Virus record (IMG/VR): IMGVR_UViG_2576861739_000001
Reading direction: 5' to 3' (one strand)
DNA from: an uncultured virus (IMG/VR IMGVR_UViG_2576861739_000001)
Lineage: Duplodnaviria; Heunggongvirae; Uroviricota; Caudoviricetes
DNA length: 43,449 bases
Positions 27,685 through 37,833 of this stretch are shown here, piece by piece; position 1 is the stretch's first letter, and the number at the start of each line of letters is the position of its first letter. The position numbers were made by a program, and so were the translations under genes. Under the pieces are notes generated by a model that was not told the DNA's origin, searched no databases, and was given only the letters and a program-made list of their open reading frames with translations.

Positions 27685-28043
27685 AGAACACCCCCGTTAT
27701 AGTACGCGTTTTCATATAGACGGCTACCGTCTGTCATCACGATGCCGCCGTTACTGCTGAGATCATCGGGCAACGCCACACCGTCAGGGCACATATAAAT
27801 ACTGCCATTCAGCGTCAGACCGTCTGGCAATGGGGATAATGTAACCTGCTCCAAAAGGCCTGTTCGTGGATTGATCGCGTAGCTGCCACTGCTGAGCAAA
27901 ACTTCGCCTACCAGAGCAGCCATACTTTCCAATGTGACTGCGCCAGCGCCTGACCCCACACTTGATTCAGGGTGCAGGTTATCTGCGCGTATTTCTTCAA
28001 AATATGGCTTGCCGTATGGGGCATCAGGCATTTGATCAGCCAT
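27672..28043 (-). CDS. Hypothetical fibre-cassette protein with LP.D...NGG repeats
   Basis: 123 aa, GGAG RBS, three NG(G/S) repeats at the C-terminus. Confidence 0.5.
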   Translation of the reverse strand: MADQMPDAPYGKPYFEEIRADNLHPESSVGSGAGAVTLESMAALVGEVLLSSGSYAINPRTGLLEQVTLSPLPDGLTLNGSIYMCPDGVALPDDLSSNGGIVMTDGSRLYENAYYNGGVLCAP

Positions 28044-28045
28044 TT

Positions 28046-28477
28046 TTATTCTCCCGCTGTGCTTTTCTGAATGATCACGCCGCCATTACTGATGTATCCA
28101 TCCGGCAGCGGTGTAGGGCCGGCCATAATCACGCCGCCGTTGTTGACGACATCTACTGGGAGCCCGGATTTTCCGAGTGCAGCCTGTGCGACATCAGCCA
28201 TCGTGTATGGTCCGATAACCGCCTTGCTCAGGTCGATATTCGGTAATCCACCTGTTTCAAGCGTGTTCAATGCACCTTCAGATGCGGCTTCCGCTAATGC
28301 AGAGGCATCAACAATTTTTTGGGTGCCATCTGTCAGAGATACCGAAAGGTTACCATCTGCTGTTATCTCGACATCAGCTATCCCGACACCTGGATCGCCC
28401 TTTGCGCCTGGAGCGGAACCGGCAATAACAACAGTGCGTGGTGCATTGCTCAGATCTGGATTGATAACTGTGCTCAT
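28046..28477 (-). CDS. Hypothetical fibre-cassette protein with short collagen-like motif
   Basis: PGAKGDPGVGI.DV.I..DG.L...LTDG motif; two LP.D...NGGVI repeats; start set at ATG 28477. Confidence 0.55.
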   Translation of the reverse strand: MSTVINPDLSNAPRTVVIAGSAPGAKGDPGVGIADVEITADGNLSVSLTDGTQKIVDASALAEAASEGALNTLETGGLPNIDLSKAVIGPYTMADVAQAALGKSGLPVDVVNNGGVIMAGPTPLPDGYISNGGVIIQKSTAGE

Positions 28478-28791
28478 TGCGTCACTCTGTTTACGATTGC
28501 GATTGTCAGTGTTTCCGTTTGCACCACAGTCCCGTTCAGCGATGTGAAACGGATATCTGTGCGTAGCAGCGTCAGCGGCCATCCAGATGTGTCACCGGGA
28601 AACGACAGGGTGTAGGTGCCCGGCTGCTCAGGAACCGCCTCGGCAATCAGTGGCGCAATCAACATGTTTTGCGGATCTCTCAATTCCGCATCAACAATCG
28701 TATTACCCAGATCCAAAGGCGCCCCTGTGGCATCTTGCGCGATGCAGGTAATCAGGAACGTGGTGCCACGCTTGAATATGAAGTCGCTCAT
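28474..28791 (-). CDS. Fibre adaptor / BppU-like Ig-fold protein
   Basis: FKRG.TF....D..G.PLDL......ELRD...DT..WP....DIRF....TET pattern; start set at ATG 28791. Confidence 0.55.
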   Translation of the reverse strand: MSDFIFKRGTTFLITCIAQDATGAPLDLGNTIVDAELRDPQNMLIAPLIAEAVPEQPGTYTLSFPGDTSGWPLTLLRTDIRFTSLNGTVVQTETLTIAIVNRVTQ

Positions 28792-29216
28792 GCTGCTGGC
28801 ACCTGCGGCAACTCTGTCGCCACGGTATCTGTGCCTGCAATAATCGCCCGGAGTGTCTTTTGGTATTGCACCCACTCTGCTGGAGGAACCTCACCAATAG
28901 ACAGGTATTCCCTCATCACATGATCCTGTGCGATGCGCAGAGCAATTTCAGCACGCGCTACCAGAGAAATTTCCAGATCGACAGCGGCACGTTCTACAAC
29001 TTGCCCATTACGCACCTCGAACCCATTGGTGTTCAGAAGGCGTTTTTCCCATTGTTCTGCCGTAACAGGCACCAAATGCCGGTCTTCCGGTAAGTGGTCA
29101 TGGCTGGACATCATCCCAGGCTCACACCATCCGATACATGGACGCGGCTCAGGAACATCGGCATCCACAATGGCATAGAATGGATGCGAGTATTGTTTCT
29201 TGATCTGATCAGACAT
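28788..29216 (-). CDS. Tail fibre assembly protein
   Basis: Follows the fibre; VT.EQW and P.EWV.Y...LRAI......LP..P motifs. Confidence 0.65.
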   Translation of the reverse strand: MSDQIKKQYSHPFYAIVDADVPEPRPCIGWCEPGMMSSHDHLPEDRHLVPVTAEQWEKRLLNTNGFEVRNGQVVERAAVDLEISLVARAEIALRIAQDHVMREYLSIGEVPPAEWVQYQKTLRAIIAGTDTVATELPQVPAA

Positions 29217-30214
29217 CAAAGCACTCCGAAAACGCCAAATGTTTGAGTCATCGTGGCGTTTTGAGGTGCGCCAGTATGGTAAGATGCGACAGTCACGTTC
29301 GCTGTATTATTCGTCCAGCCGGTAACATTGGTCATCCCGGTCCCATTGCCGTCAGTCCCTGATTGGGGCCAGACTAGCAATGTCTGAGAATACGTTCTGG
29401 GAAGGTTTACAGTGCCTGAACTTGAAACAGTGGCTGAAAACGTCTCTATGATTGTTCCGGCCCGTGGCCCAACAATATAGTTGCCTGCAGGCTGATAATT
29501 TCCTGCTGCCTGATAATTTCCCTTAGGCTGCGCATAATCAATTAATGATTTAGAAACATATGCAATCGTTGGAACAGCTAATGAAACTCCTCCGGCCGTA
29601 ACCTGCACGTATGAATTATCGGCATCATTTGCCCAATTGACGCCCTGCAAGTTCGTGATTGTTGTATTTTCTGATCCAGATGCGGCTGAGAAATAGGCTA
29701 AGATTGTGCTGGCCAAAGACGAAATAAGTTGATTGACTTTCGCCACGCCATAGAACCCATATGAGGTCCTATTTTTCCCCATAATACCTAATCGTGGGTA
29801 TCCCTCTTCTGTTGTAAGATCAATCCACGCTGCCGTTGCTGATGTATCACTGGAAATAGTTATGCCTTGGGCAACATATCTCGCATCAGCATCCAAAGCA
29901 TTTACCAACTGACGTTTGGTCCAATCAGTAACAGCAACTCCGGTTACCGGGCCAGTTAGAATACCACCAGAAAGCGGCAAAAAGGCACTCTCAGATCCTG
30001 TAGCTATCTGACTGATGGCTTTAAACAACTGCGTCAGATCACTGGCATCAGGCTTCAAACCCGCACCTTCAATCACAGCCATGATCTCTTCTTGGATCGC
30101 GGTGCGATCAAGTGCGATCAGCGATGTTCCAGCAATTCCGTTCGGCTTGTCGCGATCCTGATAAACGCGCTTTCCATTAACTGTGGTGTAACCTGCGGCT
30201 GTTGTCCTATCCAT
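29216..30214 (-). CDS. Tail fibre protein (Mu gp49/S-type N-terminus)
   Basis: AIQEEIMAVIEGAGLKPD.SDLTQL.KAI anchor, FLPLSGG.LTG and QPAGNY repeats. Confidence 0.8.
   Translation of the reverse strand: MDRTTAAGYTTVNGKRVYQDRDKPNGIAGTSLIALDRTAIQEEIMAVIEGAGLKPDASDLTQLFKAISQIATGSESAFLPLSGGILTGPVTGVAVTDWTKRQLVNALDADARYVAQGITISSDTSATAAWIDLTTEEGYPRLGIMGKNRTSYGFYGVAKVNQLISSLASTILAYFSAASGSENTTITNLQGVNWANDADNSYVQVTAGGVSLAVPTIAYVSKSLIDYAQPKGNYQAAGNYQPAGNYIVGPRAGTIIETFSATVSSSGTVNLPRTYSQTLLVWPQSGTDGNGTGMTNVTGWTNNTANVTVASYHTGAPQNATMTQTFGVFGVL
29477..29530 (-). repeat. Three 18 bp / 6 aa tandem repeats (QPKGNY-QAAGNY-QPAGNY) in the fibre
   Basis: Read directly from the DNA and the translation. Confidence 0.75.
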
Positions 30215-30768
30215 CAGGCTGCCTCATCCGCATATTCAAATACAATTTCTGTTTCCGCCTGTTTGTTACGCAAAATCGGGCATTCCAGACCGGTGTTGCG
30301 GTTGGGCAGCGTAATCACGACAACAGCCAGATCAGCGGGCGTGCTGCACACAGCGTCACCGCAAACAGCGTCATCACCGTCACAGACATACGGTTCTATC
30401 TCAGTGATTGTGATGGAATATCCGGCTGCTTCTGCCATTTGCTGGTAGTAGGCAAGTGACTGTCCACCCGATGCAATCCAGCGCTGAAACGCCAGTTGCT
30501 GGCGCTGCTCAATCGTCAGCGTGCCTTGGTCACGGCCGCATGGATCTGGACCCAAAACAGCCTCATAATCAGCCAGCAATTTCGTAGAGTTTTGCGGGCT
30601 GATTTCCAGAGCCAGAGATTCAATGTCCGCTTCAATCTGCGCCAACGTTACGCAGAACGGCAGCAGCAATTTGGCTAGGTTCCCATCAGCACTGCGGTTC
30701 CATGGCGCACCTGGGGGAATGAAGTCCTGCAGCCACTCAGCGCGGATCTGTTCAGCCGTCCTGCTCAT
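30214..30768 (-). CDS. Mu gp48/YmfQ (DUF2313) baseplate protein
   Basis: PPGAPW, E.SP.....LL.DYE.VLG, GGQSLAYY..AE..GY.ITITE and LEC motifs; start set at ATG 30768. Confidence 0.85.
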   Translation of the reverse strand: MSRTAEQIRAEWLQDFIPPGAPWNRSADGNLAKLLLPFCVTLAQIEADIESLALEISPQNSTKLLADYEAVLGPDPCGRDQGTLTIEQRQQLAFQRWIASGGQSLAYYQQMAEAAGYSITITEIEPYVCDGDDAVCGDAVCSTPADLAVVVITLPNRNTGLECPILRNKQAETEIVFEYADEAA

Positions 30769-31838
30769 GATGCGGTCTGCCACGTAATCGTGCCCAGAAC
30801 GGCCATCTCATTGTTCGGCAATGTTTCATCAGCAGTCGGGTTCAGCAGGTCATTGCTGTTGCCGTTGATAGTGCTGATGATGGCATCAATCTCTTCGCGA
30901 TAGATCCGCCCACCAATGCCTTTGCCCGGATAATACACTGTCAGCTGCGCGGTAATCTGATCGCGTGCATCAACCGTGTCTGGGTCTAGCTGTATTGTCA
31001 CATCACGTGTGACAATCTGAGCCGCAACCACATACGCATTCCCGCGCACAGGCCGCACACTGTCAATGTAGGCCTGTATGTCTTGCACCTGGGCATCCGT
31101 GGCCGCAACAGGGCCGCTCATAGCCACAATAATGCCAACGGTGCCTGCACCCAGCCAGCCAGACACGACATTCACATATGCCGCACCGGCTTCCTGAGCC
31201 CATTTCTCATAATCGGCAACTGTTCCGCCACCATCGGGGTTGCGAATATTGGCGATAATGCGCGCACGCCACGCCTCTACCGGTTCTATGGCTGCGCCGC
31301 CCGCAATCCCTTGAGGATCTACAATGGCAGATGTCACGCCCGTTACAGGCGTTACCAGGGTAAGTTCCGTCCCTCCGGCCAGATTTCCAGATGTGCCAGT
31401 AGCACTCGCCTTGACAGGAACAGACACAGTTGCACCCGCAGCAATGCTCGTGGCAGTTGTTACCAGCCACTGAATGCTGCCGTCAGAAACGAATGCCGTA
31501 TTGATTGGGAGTGTAACGGCTGCACTGGCTGTTACCAGCACGTTGCCGATAGCAGCCGTTGCAGCTTTGCGCGGTGTGCTCCATTCCTGTGCATGTTGCG
31601 GCAACAGCCCGTTTTCTGTGGCCGTGGTAACCATCAATTCCAGGCAATAATCGCGCTGCCATGCGTAAATCTCCCGCATAGCGAGCGCCCATACAGTGCC
31701 CAGAACCTGCTCCAGTGTTCCCGGAGCATTTGGGTCCAGACGTACAATCGTGCCGTCATCGGCAACAAACTGCTGCGCCAGCATCGCGGATGCCAGACGT
31801 TGAACCAGCTGCTTGGTTGTGGGGATTGCTAAGGGCAT
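30765..31838 (-). CDS. Mu gp47 baseplate J protein
   Basis: RKAATAA.G, G..GNL..G..L, GGA..E.VE.WRARI, GG...DY..WA and G.GTV motifs; start set at ATG 31838. Confidence 0.9.
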   Translation of the reverse strand: MPLAIPTTKQLVQRLASAMLAQQFVADDGTIVRLDPNAPGTLEQVLGTVWALAMREIYAWQRDYCLELMVTTATENGLLPQHAQEWSTPRKAATAAIGNVLVTASAAVTLPINTAFVSDGSIQWLVTTATSIAAGATVSVPVKASATGTSGNLAGGTELTLVTPVTGVTSAIVDPQGIAGGAAIEPVEAWRARIIANIRNPDGGGTVADYEKWAQEAGAAYVNVVSGWLGAGTVGIIVAMSGPVAATDAQVQDIQAYIDSVRPVRGNAYVVAAQIVTRDVTIQLDPDTVDARDQITAQLTVYYPGKGIGGRIYREEIDAIISTINGNSNDLLNPTADETLPNNEMAVLGTITWQTAS

Positions 31839-32320
31839 TACGCAGTGCCCACTTGGCGGGTGACAGACAAAGCCCCAACAGAGCATGTCACGGCAATACC
31901 ACCAGTCCCTGCAAAGGCTGCACTGGTGGCAATTTCAACATTCCAGAAGGATGCAATGCTGGCAGTTGCTTCAGCCGCGTAGGACGCAGCATGCAGTCGA
32001 TCAACGTCTGACATTTTGCCGCGAGACAGAAGCCAGCTTCTGCTGCCCAGTCGCACGCCATCTTCCAGCAAAATATCGCCAATCCATCCGCGCCGGGCCA
32101 GAATTCCCTGACTCTGGCCCGGCAGTAACGGCAGATCTGTAGGCAATACGTCATCCGTTGCCGCGCGCCTGTCTGAACACAGGGCAATCAGCATGGAGGT
32201 GCCCAAGGTGCGATCAACCGCGAGCGTGCCCCGGCCTGCGCCGGATGGCTGAATAACAACATCCAGCTTGCCGGTCGCATCGGTCTTCATTTTCAGGGTT
32301 GTCGGGGCACTACTCTGCAT
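31838..32320 (-). CDS. Mu gp46 baseplate protein
   Basis: L.T..LIAL.SDRRA...D, RRGW.GD, GSRSWLL.R.K and YA.EA motifs. Confidence 0.88.
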   Translation of the reverse strand: MQSSAPTTLKMKTDATGKLDVVIQPSGAGRGTLAVDRTLGTSMLIALCSDRRAATDDVLPTDLPLLPGQSQGILARRGWIGDILLEDGVRLGSRSWLLSRGKMSDVDRLHAASYAAEATASIASFWNVEIATSAAFAGTGGIAVTCSVGALSVTRQVGTA

Positions 32321-32370
32321 ACCCCACTCATGAAACGCCTGCGGTATTTATGGGATTGTGCGTGCTTTCG

Positions 32371-32946
32371 TCAGCCGGTTGGCGCTGAGGTGGGAGATCC
32401 CGGTTCGCCGCTGGTATGCGTGTGGTTTTTCAGGCTGATTGCACCAGCCATAACATCTTTCTTGCCTGTCACAGTGCCACCAGATGTGACGTCACCTGAT
32501 ACGGACAGATCGCCCTGCACGGAAGCCCCATCTTCGGTGACTTTCAAAACAGGCTGTCCGGCAACGCGCACCAACATTTGTTGGGCAGCATCTACCATCA
32601 CAATCTTACCGCCTTGCAGGAAAATCTTCTGGCCGACGCTGTCATACAGCACTGTTTCGCCTTCAGCCAGATTACCCATACGGGCTTTTTCAGGATTAGA
32701 CGGAGGCAAGGCAATAGGGTCGCTATGGTCTCCGCCTGCGTGCAACATGACTGTAATGGCACCATCATGCGGAACATGGCTGGCCAATCCGTAAATTTGA
32801 TAAACGGGCACCTGTGTGCGTGTGCGCCCCACATGGGTATCAACCGTTAGCGTCTGGTTTGCGCCACTGTCATCCAGATCACGGACAACACCGCGCACAA
32901 ACAGATTGCGCACCCCCATAAACAGACTTTGCAGCATGCGGCTCAT
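32371..32946 (-). CDS. Mu gp45 baseplate spike
   Basis: Q.YGLAS.VP, GG..SD, L.EGE..LYD..G and SLKNHTH motifs. Confidence 0.88.
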   Translation of the reverse strand: MSRMLQSLFMGVRNLFVRGVVRDLDDSGANQTLTVDTHVGRTRTQVPVYQIYGLASHVPHDGAITVMLHAGGDHSDPIALPPSNPEKARMGNLAEGETVLYDSVGQKIFLQGGKIVMVDAAQQMLVRVAGQPVLKVTEDGASVQGDLSVSGDVTSGGTVTGKKDVMAGAISLKNHTHTSGEPGSPTSAPTG

Positions 32947-34304
32947 TTGGCGCTCGCATTTATCAGGCCGCTGCGTCGCGATCCTTTTTTTACGCGGTCG
33001 GCATCACCTGTCAGATCATACGTGTCAGGTGGCACAACGCTGATGCGCGTGGTGTATCCTTCCTGATCTGCCACGTAGGTTACAGCCGCAATCAGCATGT
33101 CCTGATCTAATCCGGCATACGGGTCTTTCACATAAACCAGTGCGTTAGGCAGCCACAAATCACCATTCGCGCCTGCATATCCCTTCACTGTGTAAACCCG
33201 CATTGTACCGTGCGCACGTGTTGTGCGCATGCGCCAATCGGCCTGATCCTGCACCGTCCACGGCGTTGCATCCGTGCGCGGTTTCCGTGCCTTACGTGAC
33301 GGCCGACGTGTGCTTCCATGATAGGCGGCAGCAACCGGACCCGGATCTGCTGTCAGCCCTGAAGCACTGCTGTCCAATTGTATTTCAGGTGCTGTTTGCG
33401 CTGCAACAGATCCTCCAGATTGTGTGGCAGCCTGAAAAACGGCAGGACGGTAGCGCCGCATGGATGGATCTATGGCATGCCCCAAACACAGCACGGCACG
33501 TGCTTCATTGTGCGTTGCAGTAGGCTGTGCTGGCGCCGTGCCATCATCATCGGACAAAGGGGATGCTGTTGCATCTAGAGCAGCTTTTTTGGGCCTTAAA
33601 AGGCTCTTAAAAGCCCCTTTAACAAAGATGTCGGAATAATGCTGCCGCACATCAATGTTGAAATCCAAACGGGTAATATTAACACCGACCCGCAAATCTT
33701 CAGGCGCGCGTGTTGTTCCTGCCTTGGTCAGTTTCAGGCCGCCTATGCCATCAGAAACAACCAAAACACCGCGCTGACGGCTCAGCTTCTCAATGGTGCT
33801 CATGGCCGGTTCCGATGGCTCAACGGCAACCAGAGTGAACGGTGCGCCTGGGTCAATATCGCTGGAAACGGCAATCCCAAATGGCTTTACCAAATTGCCG
33901 ACAACTGTTGTCAGATCAATCTGTCTGTATTCACCTGGTCCCAATGGGGCTGCACAGCAGTCCACCAGATCCCCAACAACGTCACGGCCCGAAAATATCA
34001 TGCCTTCGTCATCGCCGCCGCCGTTGTCAGAAATCGCGCCCTGAATATTGTCCACATAGCCACGCAGGACAGTCTGCCCCGACACTTTTATGAGAACCTC
34101 ATCATTCTCCCGAATACGCGCAAATTCAGGCACGTCTCCGCCAAATGCTTCATACAGGCGTTCTGTATCCAGATATCGGATACGGAAGGCACCGGCGATA
34201 TCTGCCAGATCCCGACCGACCTCACAGGCTGTCCAGTCGTGTAGCGTCACGCCATTGACCTGAACCGTCATCAGGCGGGTTTTTGTTGTTACCGAAACTG
34301 TCAT
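32943..34304 (-). CDS. Mu gp44 (gpP) baseplate hub
   Basis: W....V.R.L..IAGAF, GYVD, GRD..GDLVDC, L..G.NI and LW.PN.LV.V.D motifs; start set at ATG 34304. Confidence 0.88.
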   Translation of the reverse strand: MTVSVTTKTRLMTVQVNGVTLHDWTACEVGRDLADIAGAFRIRYLDTERLYEAFGGDVPEFARIRENDEVLIKVSGQTVLRGYVDNIQGAISDNGGGDDEGMIFSGRDVVGDLVDCCAAPLGPGEYRQIDLTTVVGNLVKPFGIAVSSDIDPGAPFTLVAVEPSEPAMSTIEKLSRQRGVLVVSDGIGGLKLTKAGTTRAPEDLRVGVNITRLDFNIDVRQHYSDIFVKGAFKSLLRPKKAALDATASPLSDDDGTAPAQPTATHNEARAVLCLGHAIDPSMRRYRPAVFQAATQSGGSVAAQTAPEIQLDSSASGLTADPGPVAAAYHGSTRRPSRKARKPRTDATPWTVQDQADWRMRTTRAHGTMRVYTVKGYAGANGDLWLPNALVYVKDPYAGLDQDMLIAAVTYVADQEGYTTRISVVPPDTYDLTGDADRVKKGSRRSGLINASAK

Positions 34305-35713
34305 GCCACGTCCGTTGGCTGCAGCACCTGCACGGTGCCCGGTCCGCACAATGCTGGGTGAGAGAGCTGATTGCGCACAATCAGATCAGCCCATACATCC
34401 TCAACTTCATCCGGGTTTTCACCGGCAATCGCATACGCAACCAACCAAGCGCTCATCTGGCGCGAAACAGGAACATTCAGAACTGCAGGCAGACGGCCAA
34501 GACGTTCCGAAATATCGGCCGTGATTGCTGCCTTGGCATCCTGCAGGGCTGCCAGCAGTCCACTGGTTGGAATGCTGGCACCAGTGGTTGCGTCTAGCGT
34601 TTCAATATTGTCGGCCAGCGTATCCAGAGCAGCCAGTAACGTATTACGCCAGGACAACGCATCCTCTTGGCTCGTGTAATCAATGCCAGAAGCCACAGCC
34701 ACAGCCTGCGTCACGGTGAAAACCTGTGACGCCAGAGACAGAGAGAGCACAGCAGCCGGAGACGCCCCTTGAGCGGCGGCACTTTGGCCTGCACTTTGCA
34801 ACTGATCACTGCCTGATAACAGCAACGAGGCTGTGGTGCGCGGATCTAGGGCATCATTCTGCGTTCCGCTCACTTCCTCGGCCGGAGCAATGGCGGCCGT
34901 GGCATCGGGAGAGGCAGCCGCGACTAATGCAGCCGGAACACCCACCAACAAATCCGAAACCTGATCAGCAAACGTGGTGTCTGTGTTTGAAACAGGAACC
35001 GTCACGCCTGTGCTTAACGCATTCAATGGGGTTGCTGCTGCACTCTGCACATTCAGCTGTGCAGTAGATCCGGTCAAACCATCCCACACCCCATGCGCCT
35101 GATTGATTGTGCTACTCACAGCACTCACCAGAGCCAGTGGCAGCGTTAATGGTGACAGCACATTCCGCACCGTTAAAACCGCCTGATCCACCAGCGCGTC
35201 CGCCTGTGTCAGAACATTGGTCAGCGTATCCGTAATGCTGCTGAATAGCCCCTTATCTGCGGTAACTTGGGGCGCACGCACGAAAATGGCTTCAAACGTG
35301 GCAACACGGAGGGAACGGTCAGAAAATGAAACTGTGCCCGGCTGCAACAGCTTACATTGCAGAACACCCCACCATGGATGCACCAATGTGCCAGTTCCGG
35401 CCGTCATCAGAGCAGCACGCATCCGCTTGGCGCGAATAACGTAATCATCTCCAACAATAATGCCCTGCACACGAATTGGCCCGTCAAATGCGCCAAAATC
35501 CTGTGTGCGAAAATCATCACGGCCAGGAAACCAGATCTGCACAATCCGGCGGCCTGCCTGATCCTGCGAATTCGGCATGAAAAATGTCACACCGCGCCAG
35601 CTGGCCGTAGCCAGAGCAGATCCGATCAGGCCAGCACCCAAACTGCCTACAAGGCCAAGCTGGCTACCAAGGGAACCCGCACCAAGCCCTGCCATACTTA
35701 ATGCACCGCTCAT
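34301..35713 (-). CDS. Mu gpN DNA circularisation protein
   Basis: ASWRGV.F, GRR......PGRD....DFG, G.GTLVHPWWG and C-terminal RN...HP motifs. Confidence 0.9.
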   Translation of the reverse strand: MSGALSMAGLGAGSLGSQLGLVGSLGAGLIGSALATASWRGVTFFMPNSQDQAGRRIVQIWFPGRDDFRTQDFGAFDGPIRVQGIIVGDDYVIRAKRMRAALMTAGTGTLVHPWWGVLQCKLLQPGTVSFSDRSLRVATFEAIFVRAPQVTADKGLFSSITDTLTNVLTQADALVDQAVLTVRNVLSPLTLPLALVSAVSSTINQAHGVWDGLTGSTAQLNVQSAAATPLNALSTGVTVPVSNTDTTFADQVSDLLVGVPAALVAAASPDATAAIAPAEEVSGTQNDALDPRTTASLLLSGSDQLQSAGQSAAAQGASPAAVLSLSLASQVFTVTQAVAVASGIDYTSQEDALSWRNTLLAALDTLADNIETLDATTGASIPTSGLLAALQDAKAAITADISERLGRLPAVLNVPVSRQMSAWLVAYAIAGENPDEVEDVWADLIVRNQLSHPALCGPGTVQVLQPTDVA

Positions 35714-37833
35714 GGATTGTTCACCATGCGCCCACGGTCAGGCGCGATGCTGACAGATCCACGCGGCCCCGATGTCTGGCGTACAGCCAATCCCGGATCA
35801 TGCGTCACGTGCAGCCCAAACTGCGCACCGCTGCCCGCAGGCATTCCGGCCGGAACTGTAGATGGCGCACTGGGATGCGCCAGCCAGGAATCCATGGCAT
35901 GCCCAATTTTGGTAGAGGCAAACCATTCGTCCATGGCATGCAACGGCTGCATCAGGATGTGGCCAAGCCACTGCGCCCATCCGCTGATCCAGTTTCCCAG
36001 ACTGGTCAGCATGGGTTTGATTTTATCCCAGTTTTTCCACGCCAGATAACCTGCTGCTACGGTTGCAGCTACAGCAGCAATGGCAATGCCAACCGGCCCC
36101 AGAGACGTTACGAGCAACGGTAGGCGCGCAATCTTTAGCAACCATCCGCCCGTCAACGCATTCACCAGTGTCAAACCGGCCTTCAGCGGAATCATTACAG
36201 CACCCAGCGCACCCAATGCAGCCGTGAGACCAAGAACACCTCCGATTCCTGTCACCAGTATGCTGCCGGTGCCGTGCAGGTTTTTGTTTAGCCAGTCAAA
36301 CCCAACCGTCATGCCATGCAGTGCTTTTGTTCCCAGGTTCAGAACAGGCACAAATGCTGTGCCAACCCTGCGTTCCATCTGGCTCAGTGCATCCTCAAAT
36401 GCCTGCACCCGGATCAGTGTTGACTGCAGCCCGGTATCAAAATCCTCACTGATAACTTTGGGTGTTGCACCGGAGGTCTTTGCCTTAATGGCCTGATACT
36501 GGTCCAGATGTGCCAGCATGGCCTGCACAAATGCACGGTCCTGCTCGTTATTGAACAGCTCTCCCAATGCCTTCCGGTCAGCACCGCCGCGCGTAATCCG
36601 GTTCACCTGCTGCATGACGGCCTCAATGGGGTCGAGATGTTGCCTGCGGGCATTTTCTTCCACGCCAAACAGATCCACGCCATATTTTGCAAACCGCTTT
36701 GCTGTATGTGGCGATGTCACGGCCTGAATGAACGCGCGTGTATCAGTTGCGGCTTCGCCTTCTGTCCCTGTCGATTTACGAACAACTGCCAGTGCCGCAG
36801 CCAGATCGTTGACGCCACTTCGGCCAGAAACCCCCAGCATGCCAGCAGCGGCAGCAACCTGTGGGAACAAAGGCGCGAGTTTTTCAAACGGCAAATCGGC
36901 AGACTTACCCGCAATTGCGATAGACGCCAGAGATCCTGCCAGATCCTGATCACCAATCCCCAAGTTTTCCTGCAGTGCGAATGTTGTTTTCGCAACGGCA
37001 TCAGGTGCCGCATTATATGCGGTGGAAATGCGCGCCACCGTTGGTAGAACAGCATCCAGCTTCCGGCCGGAATATCCTTCACGGTTAAAGAACGCTGCAC
37101 CCGCCGCCAGATCAGTGCTGCGTTGTCCGGTTTGTCGCGCCAACGCATCCAGCTTCCGGCCGTAATCGGCAATAAACTGCTGGTTGGCTGCACCGTGCAG
37201 ATCCAGACCAATCCCGATATGTGTCAGATCGTTGTCATATTCAGCCGCGGCGTGCACAGGTGCCAATACACCAAACCCGGCAGCTGCCGCACCAAATGCG
37301 CTGCCCATGCCTTGCTGAACAGCATCATGAAAGCCCTGTCCGGCGCTTTTCACTCCGCCCGTATAGCTTCCAGCACCGGAACGCACGCGCGATACGGCCG
37401 CCTGCAGGCGCTCCATTGCAGTTACGCCCTGCGTTGCGGCTTCTTCTGCTTCTACACCGATTTTGCCAATGCTCGTTGTGGCTGTGGCAGCAGATGCACC
37501 GGTTTCGTTCAGTGCTTCATTCAGTCCTGTCACGCCCTCGGTTGCAGCCTCAGCAGCACCTGTTGTGCGTGTCAGTGTTTCGTTAAGAGCTGTTGCGCTT
37601 TCAGTTACCGCTTCCGTGGCTCCCGTAGTGCGCGTCAGCGTTTCATTCAAACGCTGTGTTGCCTGGGTGGCGCGTGCAACGGGCTGGGTGAATTCGTCAA
37701 ATGGGTTTGCTGCCCGCTGCATACGCGCCAGCGTTTCATCAATGCGGGATAAAACAGCCTCAACACGCTGCAATGGCTCGGCAGAACCAACTGCAAAATC
37801 GAGTTGAAACTTGGCGCGTAGATCAGATGACAT
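35710..37833 (-). CDS. Tape measure protein (TP901 family core)
   Basis: 707 aa, Ala-rich and helical; position after the chaperone; AYLAWKNWDKIK motif. Confidence 0.9.
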   Translation of the reverse strand: MSSDLRAKFQLDFAVGSAEPLQRVEAVLSRIDETLARMQRAANPFDEFTQPVARATQATQRLNETLTRTTGATEAVTESATALNETLTRTTGAAEAATEGVTGLNEALNETGASAATATTSIGKIGVEAEEAATQGVTAMERLQAAVSRVRSGAGSYTGGVKSAGQGFHDAVQQGMGSAFGAAAAGFGVLAPVHAAAEYDNDLTHIGIGLDLHGAANQQFIADYGRKLDALARQTGQRSTDLAAGAAFFNREGYSGRKLDAVLPTVARISTAYNAAPDAVAKTTFALQENLGIGDQDLAGSLASIAIAGKSADLPFEKLAPLFPQVAAAAGMLGVSGRSGVNDLAAALAVVRKSTGTEGEAATDTRAFIQAVTSPHTAKRFAKYGVDLFGVEENARRQHLDPIEAVMQQVNRITRGGADRKALGELFNNEQDRAFVQAMLAHLDQYQAIKAKTSGATPKVISEDFDTGLQSTLIRVQAFEDALSQMERRVGTAFVPVLNLGTKALHGMTVGFDWLNKNLHGTGSILVTGIGGVLGLTAALGALGAVMIPLKAGLTLVNALTGGWLLKIARLPLLVTSLGPVGIAIAAVAATVAAGYLAWKNWDKIKPMLTSLGNWISGWAQWLGHILMQPLHAMDEWFASTKIGHAMDSWLAHPSAPSTVPAGMPAGSGAQFGLHVTHDPGLAVRQTSGPRGSVSIAPDRGRMVNNP
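37495..37650 (-). repeat. 63 bp / 21 aa tandem repeat in the tape measure (LNETLTRTTGA.EA.TE..T.)
   Basis: LNE starts at 37650, 37587 and 37524, exactly 63 bp apart. Confidence 0.8.

Noticed and set aside
25501..30214. Gin-type invertible tail fibre cassette
   Set aside because: The recombinase lacks catalytic residues, all fibre-cassette genes are on one strand, and I found no inverted gix-like repeats.
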